Below are positions 10,660-20,000 of a stretch of DNA of 20,000 bases, piece after piece; position 1 is the first letter of the stretch, and the number at the start of each line of letters is the position of its first letter. This DNA comes from Chiloscyllium plagiosum (lineage: Eukaryota). Made by a program: the position numbers and the translations under genes. A model generated the notes under the pieces. The model worked only from the letters and a program-made list of their open reading frames with translations. It was not told the origin of the DNA and did no database searches. The DNA is taken from assembly GCF_004010195.1 (NCBI RefSeq), contig NC_057719.1, positions 36,679,822 to 36,699,821 of the forward strand, written 5' to 3'.

Positions 10660-11560
10660 TGAATGTGAAAAGCATTCATACAGTCACTTAGAGGAATTAG
10701 CAGCACAAATAAAAATAAAATGATTTAGATACACTTGCTATTACAAAGGCTTAGGAATGGAGGTAGCCAAGGTTATGCAATAAAAATTCCATGTACACAA
10801 CATTTCAAAAGGACAGGCAATATCAGTTCCAGTAGTCAAGGATAATTTCACTTATAGTACAGTGATTGACAGTACATTGGAGTGAAGAGGATGCTTGTCA
10901 TAGACTCAATAGAGAGAGAAAACGAGACACTTTGAGATAGTGGTGAAGTTGGGGATTGGTAAGAGATATTGAAAAAGAAGAAAACAATAGGCTAATGGAA
11001 AGATAACACTTTTTAACGATCCAAGCTTCATATTCAATGTCAGCAGTCAGTTGATAGTCTGTGATCAAAGAGATTTCTTGCTTTCTTGAAGTTTCTTTTT
11101 GCTCTCACATCTTCAGCCTTATAGTTCAAACTTAAAACCAGCCACATCTTGGCGAAGCAGGACCTGCTATAAGTGGAGTCCAGTGTACTGTCTTCCCAGC
11201 TGTTGAGGTGAAAATGAATAAACAATGGTCAGAAAGGATTTAGGCTCAAATCTGGAAGTAGAATCAGTAGATACAGTCAAAAAATACTAATGGTAGTAGC
11301 TTGTTGGCTCTGGAACAATAGTTATACCGGTATACAAATCACTAAGGAAGGAAAAATTGGAGTTTGATGCAAAGGCAACATGATTGCAAGAGACTTTAAA
11401 TCTTCATGTAGAATGAACAGATTAAATTAACAAAATTAACCTGAAAGATAGGCTTTTAGAATATTTTTATGACATTTCCTGTAACAACATGTATGGAATC
11501 AACTCAAGTCAAAATCTAGTATTGCATAACAAGGCAGCATTAATTAGTACTTCCACAGTA
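10660..11560 (+). mobile_element. Possible ancient CR1 endonuclease-region remnant
   Basis: aatgtgaaaagcatt...gaggaattagcagcacaaat (N..SI...EELAAQI) and gagactttaaatcttcatgtagaatg (GDFN.H..W-like); no intact ORF. Confidence 0.35.
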
Positions 11561-11609
11561 CAAGATCTGCTAAGAAAGAGAATATAACACAACTGAAACC
11601 CAGACTATA

Positions 11610-12070
11610 GTAAAAGCAAAATACTGTGGATGCTGGAGATATGAAATAAAAACAAAGTGCTTGTGCTGGAGAAACTCAATTCTGGCAGAAACTGTGAAGA
11701 GAGAAACAATTAACATTTCAATTCCTATAAGTCATCTTTGGAATTGTAGGAGAATGAAAAGTTATGATTTTTATGCTGTTGACAAAGTGGGAGAAAGAAC
11801 AAATGGAACAGATGTATGGGGTGCCAAATAAAATACAAAAGCAAGTGCTAATAGTAGGAAAAGAGAGAGGTCAGCACAAAAAGATGATAACGATAGATGT
11901 GAATAGTAGAAAATACTTCAGCTCTAAGCAAATATACATTTCAAGACATGGTTTGGGAAGTACAATCAAAATGGAGGACAGTATGAGCTCCTGAGCTCAA
12001 TGTTAGGACCTGGAGGCTGTAAAGTGCCAAAGCAAAAACTGTGAGATGCTGTTCATCCAGCTTGGTTAGG
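11610..12070 (-). mobile_element. Degraded PLE 3' part (GIY-YIG C-terminus plus terminal repeat)
   Basis: Minus strand near 12065-11995 reads KLDEQHL...FGTLQPPGPNIE (frameshifted); ends ctccagcatccacagtattttgctttt. Confidence 0.65.
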
Positions 12071-12436
12071 CAAGGCTTGGCTAAAGTTTTAAGCTAAAAC
12101 TTTTTAAGTCTTCAAGACTTAACATTCTGCTCCATTTTGATTACATGCACCCATCCCATCCTGTTCGCATTATCTTGTCTACATGAATTTGTTCTCAGCA
12201 GAGTTGAATTCTTTTCTATTGACACCTATCAATATGGCTATTTTGATTGGGAACCATGAGGAGAGGGTTGGCATCAGGACCATAGAGAGAACTGGAGGTG
12301 TGCAGCAATGAGGCAAGAGGAAGACAGAAAGAACAGGGGAGAAGAGCAGGTGAAGCCCCTTTGATATCTTATCCCTGTTCACCTGTCTGATCCCTTGACC
12401 AGTCTTAGTCAGTAACTGCTTGTCACTCACGAGAAC

Positions 12437-13629
12437 CAATGGATGTAACCAATCGAGACTTCCAGAAGACCTTTGATAAGGTGCAACATAGGAAACTGAG
12501 TAAGGTAAGGGCCTATGGTATTCAAGGCAAGGTACTAGAATGGATAGAGGATTGGCTGTATGGCAGAAGGCTAAGAGTGGGAATAAGAGGGTCCTTCTCA
12601 GCATGGAAGCCGGTGACTAGTGGTGTACCACATGGGTCAGTGCTGGGAGAACAGCTTTTCACTTTATATACTAACGATCTGGATGAAGGAACTGAGGGCA
12701 TTCTGGTTAAGTTTGCAGATGATACAAAGATAGATGGAGGGACAGGTAGCATTGAGGAGGCAGGCAGGCTGCAAAAAGACTTAGAGGTGAGGAGTGTGGG
12801 CAAAGAAGTGGCAGATGAAATACATGGGAAAGTGATGTCATGCACTTTGGTAGAAAGAATTGAGGCATGGAACTATTATTTTCTAAATGGGGAGAAAATT
12901 CATAAATGCAAAGGGACTTGGGAATCCTAGTCCAGGTTTCTCTTAAGGTAAAATTGCAGGTTGAGCCAGTAGTTAGGAAGGCAAATGCAATGTTGTCATT
13001 CTTCTTGAGGATTTGAATATAAAGGCAGGGATGTACTTCTGAGGCTTTATAAAGCTCTGGCCAGATCACATTTACAGTATTGTGAGCAAGTTTGGACCCC
13101 ATACCTCAGGAAGGATGTACTGGCTCTGGAGTGGAGGTTCACAAGAGGAGGCTCACAAGAATGAACTCAGGAATAAAAGGCTTAAAATATGTTTGAGGAC
13201 TCTGAGACTATACACAATGGAGTTTAGAGGGATGAGGGGGGGAATCTGATTGAAAAACTTACAGAATACCGAATGGCCTGGGCAGAGTGGATATTGCGAA
13301 GATGGTTCCACTGGCAGGACAGAAGAGGACCCTAGGACACAGCCTTGGAGTAAAGGGAAGACACTTTAGAACAGAGATAAGGAGAAACTTGCTTAGCCAG
13401 AGACTAGTGAATCTACAGAATTCATTGCCACAGAAGACGGAGGAGGCCAGGTCATTGAGTATATTTAAAACAGAGGCAGATAACTTTTGATCTCCTTGGC
13501 AATCAAGAACTTATGGGGAGAAAGCCGGAAAATGGGACTGAAAAGCCTATCAGCCATGATTCAATGGTGGAACAGATTCAATGGGCTGAATGGCCTAATT
13601 TCTGCTCCTACGTCTTACGGCCATGGTCT
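12437..13629 (+). mobile_element. CR1 LINE, 5'-truncated, RT domain to 3' tail
   Basis: DFQKTFDKV...VTSGVPHGSVLG...KFADDTK (ORF 12439-12930); FRTEIRRN..SQRLVNLQNSLPQ; tail gggctgaatggcctaatttctgctcct. Confidence 0.93.
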
Positions 13630-13959
13630 GTAAGCTGCCATATAATTCTGTGAGCCTTTTTGGAGTTGGTTCTTGGTGGCCATTTTCTCACCCGAACCCC
13701 TGTACCATCAAAGCAAGAGGAAACTGGGGAGGAGAACGGGTTGGGGTGAAGAAGAAGAGAAACCCCTTTGATGCCACCACACACCCAAGATATTTTCTGT
13801 TGCCGACCCCTTTAAAATGTTGTCTCTGCTCTGTGCACATATGCAGTGAGATGCAATGATATAGAGGATCGATGTCCATGCCCTTTTCTGAATTATCATG
13901 CAGCTGCATTTGCCCAGCAGTTTTGGTGTCAGCAAATACTGCTTTTCCAGCCCCCTTCA

Positions 13960-14060
13960 GTTCTGAGTGAGTGTCATTGGACTTGAAACATGAGCATCTC
14001 TCTTCACAGATGCTGCCAGACTTGCTGAGTTTCTCCAGAATTTTCTGGTCTTCTTTCCAA
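13960..14060 (+). mobile_element. Degraded PLE terminal repeat
   Basis: ctgagtgagtgtcattggacttgaaacatg...cacagatgctgccagacttgctgagtttctccag; decayed hammerhead core. Confidence 0.6.
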
Positions 14061-14330
14061 ATTCCATATTAAGATTGGAAGTGACACATTGTAGACCCAA
14101 ACAAGAATGCTAAACATAAACAATGTCATTTACATGATAGGGAGAGCTGGCTAAAGTCAAATGGGCAAGTATGCCAGTAATGTTTTCTACTGTTTATTTT
14201 AAACAATTCAAAATGTTCTAAAAAATATATTGTTTAAAAAATGTTCAGTAAGAAAGACCCTTCCACGACTTAGTAAAGAGCCTGAAAACAGTGTAATATT
14301 AAATGAAAAGGTTCAATGTTGCAAAGGAAA

Positions 14331-14690
14331 GAATCATAGAATCCCGACAATGTGGAAGCAGACCATTTCACCCACTGAGTCCACAATAACCCTCTGAAGG
14401 GCATCCCACCCAGAACCACCCCACTACCCTAACTCCGTAAACCTGCCTTTACCATGGCTAACCCACCTAACCTACACATCCCAAGGCACTATGGGCAATT
14501 TACCACAGCTAATCAACCTAACCTACAACCATTGGACAGTAGGAGGAAACTGGAGCACCCAGAGGAAATCCATGCAGAAAAAGGAGGAATGTGCAAACTC
14601 CACACTGACAGTCACCAGAGGGTGAAATTGAACCCAGGTCCCTGGCACTGTGAGGCAGCAGTGCTAACTCCTGAGCCACTGTGCCACCCC
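14331..14690 (-). mobile_element. HE1-type V-SINE
   Basis: Reverse complement of head gggtggcacagtggctcaggagttagcactgctgcctcacag, V-domain, and tail gattctatgattc. Confidence 0.9.
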
Positions 14691-14848
14691 AGAGAAACTC
14701 ATCAGGACTAGCAGCATCTGTGAAGACAGAGCAGAAAGGAAAGAATTTCAGATATTCCCTGTCCTTTGTCTCTGCGGACGTACGTGCCTTCTGACATCTC
14801 TCCCAAACAGCCTGGCTGGGATTTGAAGGCTCTGCCCCCCACACACAA

Positions 14849-15190
14849 GATTGTTGTAATGTAGGAAATCTGGCACTTAATTTTCACTTAGCAAACTCCC
14901 ACAATAAACAAAGCAATAATGACTACATTATATTTTTGTTATACTGATTGAGAAATAAATATTGGCCAATATAATAACAATAAATCCCCTGCCCTTCCTT
15001 GAAATAGTGCCATGGGATTGTTAACATTTACCTGAATAAGAAAATGGGACCTTGCCTTAACATCTCATCCAAAAACAACACCCCTGACTGTACAATGCTC
15101 CCTCAATACAGCTCTGAAGCAGAAGCTTTGAAGCAGGACTTGAATCCAGAAGGCATGGTTCAAAGATAAATGTCCCAACAATTGAGCCAA
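14849..15190 (-). mobile_element. DeuSINE (SacSINE1/AmnSINE-like), diverged
   Basis: Minus strand has Deu-domain-like tcccatggcactatttcaaggaagggcagggg...tggccaatatttat...ttgtgggagtttgct...ttcctacattacaaca. Confidence 0.7.
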
Positions 15191-15419
15191 TTTTCAGGGT
15201 TAAAAAGTGAGGAATAATTTGAAAATTAATCACAAAATACAAAGGAAATACTGTAAAAATTCAAATTAGACAATACTCACCAGTTACTTTTTAAGCGGCC
15301 CTTCGGGTTCCGGGTGATTTGCTTCTATTCTAGTTTGATGGATACAGAGTTGGCTGATAAGTCCAAGGCACGAAGGATAACTGTTGCTTGGACGGTCAGT
15401 TGACTTGACTTTGCTTCTG

Positions 15420-16478
15420 CATTTTTCAAAGAATGTCTGTGTCTTCCTTAATGAGCCTTATCCCATTGTTTTATGACAGGGCAGTCATATTTGACAAGTT
15501 TGCTACTGGTCTTTGAGGATATAACAAGCAGAGATGATAAAGGGAAGATGTACAGATGTTGTGTATTTGGCTTTCCAGAACGCATTTGATAAAGTGCCAC
15601 ATAAAAATTTATTTGACAAGATAGGAGCTCATGATATTGCAATAATGTATTAGCATGGATTGAGGATTCATTAATACAAGATGGACAGAGTGAGAATTAA
15701 TGGGTCTCCTTTGGATTGGAAAAACCTAACTAGTGGAGTGCTACTAGATCCAGTTCTAGGGCCTTAATTATTTACCATCCATATTAATAACTTGGATGAG
15801 GGGCAAAGTCTAATGCATCCTTTACTGTTGACTGGGGGGGGGCATGGAATTTAAAAGTAATGTCTTGTTACAACTGTACAGGGTATTGGTGAGGCCACAC
15901 CTGGTATACAGTGTACAGTTTTGGTCTCAATGTAGTTAAGAAAGAATATACTGGCATTAGAGGCTGCTCAAAACATTCACTAGGTTGATTCTTAGGACAA
16001 ATAGACTGACTTATCAAGAATGGCTAACCAGTTTAGGCTTTTATTCATTAAAGTTTAGAAGAATGGTGGGTGGGGGTGAAGGTGGCAGCAGTGGCCTTAC
16101 TAAAACCTACAAGATTCAGAGGAGGCTTGACAGGATAGATATTGAGAAGATGCTTCCACTGCTGGTAGAATCTCAAATTAGGCGACATAGTTACAGAATA
16201 AGGGGACAACATTTAAAACTGAGATGCAAAGGAATTTCTGCTCCATGAAGGTAACAAATATCTGAAAGCCTCTACCCTAGAGAGTTGCGGAGGCTAGATC
16301 ACTGAACATATTTAAAGAGCAGGTAAATAAATTTTTGGTGTTTCAGAGAGTTGAAGGAGGATTATGATAAACAAAAGAGGATTTGAGGCCTGTGGCAAAT
16401 TGACCGTGACCTTGTTGAATGACCAGCAGACCCGAGGAGCTAATGATCCATTCCGAACCCTATTTTTAGTATTATGAT
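15420..16478 (+). mobile_element. Diverged CR1 LINE with internal deletions
   Basis: ttccagaacgcatttgataaagtgccaca (FQ.AFDKVP), aactagtggagtg, gtgaggccacacctg (VRPHL), ORF 15985-16248 LTYQEWLTSLGFYSLKFRRM. Confidence 0.8.
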
Positions 16479-17149
16479 TGGTTACTACGAATGGGTGGAG
16501 TACTTCAGGGATGATTTGAAGACAGTTTTAAACTGAACTGGAGGAGATTGTTTGAGTGATTAATGTTTCAATTCTGAGCTCCTTCAATGGCTTCAAAATG
16601 GCTTGTCTCCCTCACGTCCAGACTAGGGTTCCAAAATGAATCAGAAAATTTTAGCATCAGGCTTCTGAGGGACAGATATTGAGCCCTGTATTTTCCACTC
16701 AAGTAAACTTCAAGAGGATGAAAGCAATTTTAATAAGTACAGTAATACATGCTGTGCCCATCTCAAACATGTTGAAATGGCCTGTGCTTCACCTGATGTA
16801 AAGCTCCACACAGGCACTCCTATGTGCTCCAAAATTAGTGTGCACTTGATTCAATAAATGTACATTCTCTTCACTGAAGTGAGCAGTCCAGGCTTCAACT
16901 AACTCCTTGCAAAATAATCCTGCTCATTTGGCTATTTTTCTTGGAAGCTCCCTCCCCAGAGTTCTTCAAAAAATCTGAGAATACTTTGCCTGCAATTGAA
17001 TTCCTTCCTCACTCATTTCAGAATGGCATTGATTGCATCACAGTCCCAAAATTACAACTAATAACAAATGGCAATGTGAAATGACAGACAATTACGTAAA
17101 TTTAAACCAAAGATGGACATTGTACAAACCTTAGAAAATGAAATCTCTA

Positions 17150-17404
17150 CGGGATGCAGGCTTTGCTGGCTAAGCAAGCATTCATTGGCCATCTCTAACT
17201 GCCCTTGAGAAGGTGATGATGAGCTGCATCCTTGAACTATTTCAGTCCACCTGGTTCAGATACACCCACAGTGTAGCAAGGATGGGAGCTCCAGGATTTT
17301 GATTCAGTGATTATGAAGGAATGGTGATACAGTTTAAGTCAGGATTGTGTGGTGCTTGGACAAAAACATGCAAGCGATCGTGTTCCCATGCATCTGCTGC
17401 CCTA
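17150..17404 (-). mobile_element. Old CR1-group LINE 3' end, same family as 6307-7075
   Basis: Shares gatacacccacag...gggag.tc.agga.tttga...tgaaggaa...catctgctgc with the 6307-7075 copy. Confidence 0.6.
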
Positions 17405-17630
17405 AATAGGGAATCTAGAATATGGGGCCAGGTTTTCCAGAATGGTGGCCAATCATTAAAGACTCCAATAAGGAAAAACTTCTTCAGTCTGAGGATTGTG
17501 AATTTTTGCAATTGTCAGAGCATTGTGAACTTTCCATGGTCAAACAAGTTTAAGACAGATGACTTGAATACTGACCTTGATCGCATTGAATGGCAAAGCA
17601 TGTTACAGGGGGCCTGTATGTTTCTTATAA
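17405..17630 (+). mobile_element. Degraded CR1 C-terminal fragment
   Basis: LKTPIRKNFFSLRIVNFCN in ORF 17321-17650. Confidence 0.5.
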
Positions 17631-18268
17631 CCACCATTGATGCTAACTAGTAACAGTTATCCTCTTGTTATCACTCTTTGAACTTCCTCTCATACTGATA
17701 TAACCCCTTAAACAAAATATCCAACTCTTGGCAATACTGACTTTATCATGAGTCCCCACAGCTTTGACTTTAATAAATAACCTTCCAAGTAGAACTTTGG
17801 ATTCTACCAACTACACACCTCTCCTTCGAAGGAATGCATCAATGACGAAAGACAGGGGTTTACACTAACCAAGAATCATTGCCCATTAGATATACTTTAT
17901 TATTTAAACTGTCCCTGGAAATGTGACAACATTTAGAAACATCAGACACAAATCATGTCCTGCAGCTCTTAGTAATGATCTTCCAACATTCTCGTGTGTA
18001 TCTGAATAAACAAATTTTCAATGGCAAACTATGAATTCTAACATGTACGACTTTAAAATTAGTATGTTCTTCACTAACAAAATAACGCTTAACTATATTA
18101 ATAAGTAACATTCAAGTCAATCCACAACTGAAGCAATGACAAAACTAGTGGAATTTTCCATTTTTTTAACATATAAAATCCTGTGTACCATCTGAAACTA
18201 ACAACTGTATGCGTGGAATAAATACTGATCATTTTCAAACACTTTAACGACAGAGTACCATTTCTTAC

Positions 18269-18305
18269 CTGCAAACCACCCAGCTAAGAAGTCAAGTAAA
18301 TACAT
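18269..18305 (-). CDS. SLC25A47: SLC25A47-like coding exon 1 (37 nt, [13 protein letters not shown])
   Basis: acaaaATG start, DFLAG helix-1 motif of this carrier subfamily, consensus donor CAG/gtaaga, phase 1 joins exon 2 (G+GT = Gly). Confidence 0.85.
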
Positions 18306-18329
18306 TTTGTGCCAAATGTCAACTTCTTC

Positions 18330-18712
18330 TCATCAGCAATTGCGAAATGACGGACCTTAGTTTGAATATACAACAGTCACCAGAGAAACTAAAACAAGAC
18401 CATAAACGAACAGGAGTAGTCTAATTAACTTGAGTTACGTAACACAAGTTGTGAAAATAACAGCAAAAACTGCTGCCCCTGAACGAAAAAAGCCGAGTGC
18501 CCGCATAAAAATTATGTAAGATCCGACTAGCGGCGGAAATAGCCGAGTCAGGGCGGAAATAGCCGAGTCAGTGCGGAAATAGCCGAGTCAGGGCGGAAAT
18601 AGCCGAGAAAGGGCGGAAATAGCCGAGACAGGGGGGAAATAGCCGGGTGTCCACGAACGCCGAAAATAAACGAGTAACGGTCGAACTCTTCGTCGGGAAC
18701 GTGGCTGGCGCT
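18330..18712 (-). promoter_or_regulatory. Putative 5'UTR/promoter, CpG-enriched, with PAR-bZIP D-box and C/EBP-like motifs
   Basis: GTTACGTAAC 18434-18443, ATTATGTAAG 18511-18520, ATTGCGAAAT 18339-18348; locally CpG-rich at 18480-18720 in an otherwise CpG-poor window. Confidence 0.6.
18531..18648. repeat. 20-bp minisatellite (GGGCGGAAATAGCCGAGTCA), about 6 copies
   Basis: Units start at 18531, 18551, 18571, 18591, 18611 and 18631; degenerate unit at 18481. Confidence 0.95.
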
Positions 18713-18732
18713 TGACGGGAAGTTTGATTTTT

Positions 18733-18986
18733 TTTTCATTTCCCTCGGTTTTATTTTGAGAACTGACAAAATGGACATTCTGCAATATACTGCAGCTTTG
18801 TTTGGTGCTAATAATTCACAAAATGGCAGTCATAAAACTAGTGTTCAACCCAACCTTACCTTTAACCGAGTATATGCACTTTCCAACTTGCAGTCTTTAA
18901 TGACACATTTTAAATTAAAAATAAAAGGCAACGACAAAGAAAAGTACTGTGCCCCAGCCCCATTATGTAGTTGGAGATTTGTAAAG
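18733..18986 (-). pseudogene. Retroposed poly(A)+ fragment (mRNA 3'UTR-like, or unrecognised LINE 3'UTR)
   Basis: Minus strand ends AATAAA (18755-18750), 13 nt, A9; flanked by an exact 20-bp direct repeat TGACGGGAAGTTTGATTTTT (18713-18732, 18987-19006). Confidence 0.7.
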
Positions 18987-19005
18987 TGACGGGAAGTTTG
19001 ATTTT

Positions 19006-19333
19006 TGTGATCAAAACAGTGAGGGGGAGGGTAGGGACTAAATCAAAATAAATCCCTGGTTTATTTTTTTTCCTTAAATCCCTGATTTATTTTTTTTACA
19101 GCAATGACAGTTGCACATTAGGGTCCCTGTTTATTTATTTATTTATTTTTCCTTAACCCCCGGTTAGGCGGTAGTGCTTATTTTATCCCCAGTACCCATG
19201 GTGTGTGTGTGTGCAGGTGTGAGACACAAAGTGCACGAATCTTTATTCAAATTCCACCACCAGGAAGATAGGAAAACACCCGGGTGGCCAGTGACAAACA
19301 CTGCCCTTCACCTCAAAGAGCAGTGCTGTGTGA
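19006..19333 (-). mobile_element. Rearranged Tx1-like 3'UTR fragment(s)
   Basis: 19006-19050 matches 19726-19770; ~19168-19333 matches ~19555-19730. Confidence 0.75.
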
Positions 19334-19348
19334 CGACGGGAAGTTTGA

Positions 19349-19953
19349 CTTATTTTTTCCAACACTCTGGTTCTTTTTTTTCTTTTTTTCTTTTTTCTTC
19401 TTTTTTTTTTAACCCAAATAAATCTCCTGTTTATTTTTTCCCCACACTACCACCTAAGTGCGATAGTGCTTATTTTTTCCAACACTCTGGTTCTTTTCTT
19501 TTTTTTCCCATGTTTATTTTTTTTTATTTTAACCCCCACACTACCACCTAAGTGCGGTAGTGCTTATTTTTTTCCCCAGCACCCATGGTGTGTGTGTGCA
19601 GGTGTGAGACACAGTGAAAGACACAAAGTGCACCAATCTTAATTCAAATTCCACCACCAGGAAGATAGGAAAACACCCGGGTGGCCAGTGACAAACACTG
19701 CCCTTCACATCAAAGAACAGTGCTGTGTGATCAAAACAGTGAAGGGGAGGGTAGGGACTAAATCAAAATAGAATTGGACGGAGAAATGATGCACTCCACT
19801 CCCTGAACAACTCCAGGGTGTTGATTGACACTGCGTGCTCCTTCTCCAAGGACACCCGGGCACTAACGTAGCCGTGGAAGAGGGGCAGGCAGTTGGCCCT
19901 AACGACCCCCTCCACGGCCCGCTGCCTCGACCTGTTGATGGCCAGTTTGGCCA
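19349..19953 (-). mobile_element. Tx1-like (L1 clade) retrotransposon 3' end with additional short stacked 3' ends
   Basis: AKLAINRSRQRAVEGVVRANCLPLFHGYVSARVSLEKEHAVSINTLELFREW resembles Tx1 ORF2 C-termini; A-rich tails; repeated cttattttttccaacactctgg at 19349 and 19469. Confidence 0.75.
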
Positions 19954-20000
19954 CCTCAGAGTGTATTTTTTTTTAGACAATACAGACCCAGCAAGCCCCC

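Noticed and set aside
12310..13775. Weak similarity gcaagaggaa...ccctttgat on both sides of the CR1
   Set aside because: Too short and purine-biased, and not adjacent to the element ends, so not a TSD
18531..18648. CRISPR-like array
   Set aside because: Contiguous units without spacers, in eukaryotic DNA

Overview
Vertebrate DNA, almost certainly from a cartilaginous fish: it carries HE1-type V-SINEs, HER1/CR1 LINEs and a SacSINE1-like DeuSINE (family calls from memory, no database search). The only host gene is on the minus strand: the first three coding exons of a mitochondrial carrier most like SLC25A47 (18305-18269, 3272-3229, 3146-3075; [51 protein letters not shown]), which the ORF track misses. 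The ~15 kb intron 1 is mostly retroelement debris, including Penelope-like elements (PLEs) with minimal hammerhead ribozyme motifs, two of them TSD-flanked long palindromes. Upstream of the ATG lie D-box/C/EBP-type motifs, a 20-bp GC-box minisatellite, and then a stack of minus-strand poly(A)-type insertions punctuated by three copies of GACGGGAAGTTTGA. The stack comprises an mRNA-3'UTR-like retrocopy with a 20-bp TSD, an apparently circularly permuted Tx1-like 3' fragment, and further Tx1-like 3' ends. Two assembly gaps (1077-1771, 3680-3762). Boundaries of old repeats are approximate.
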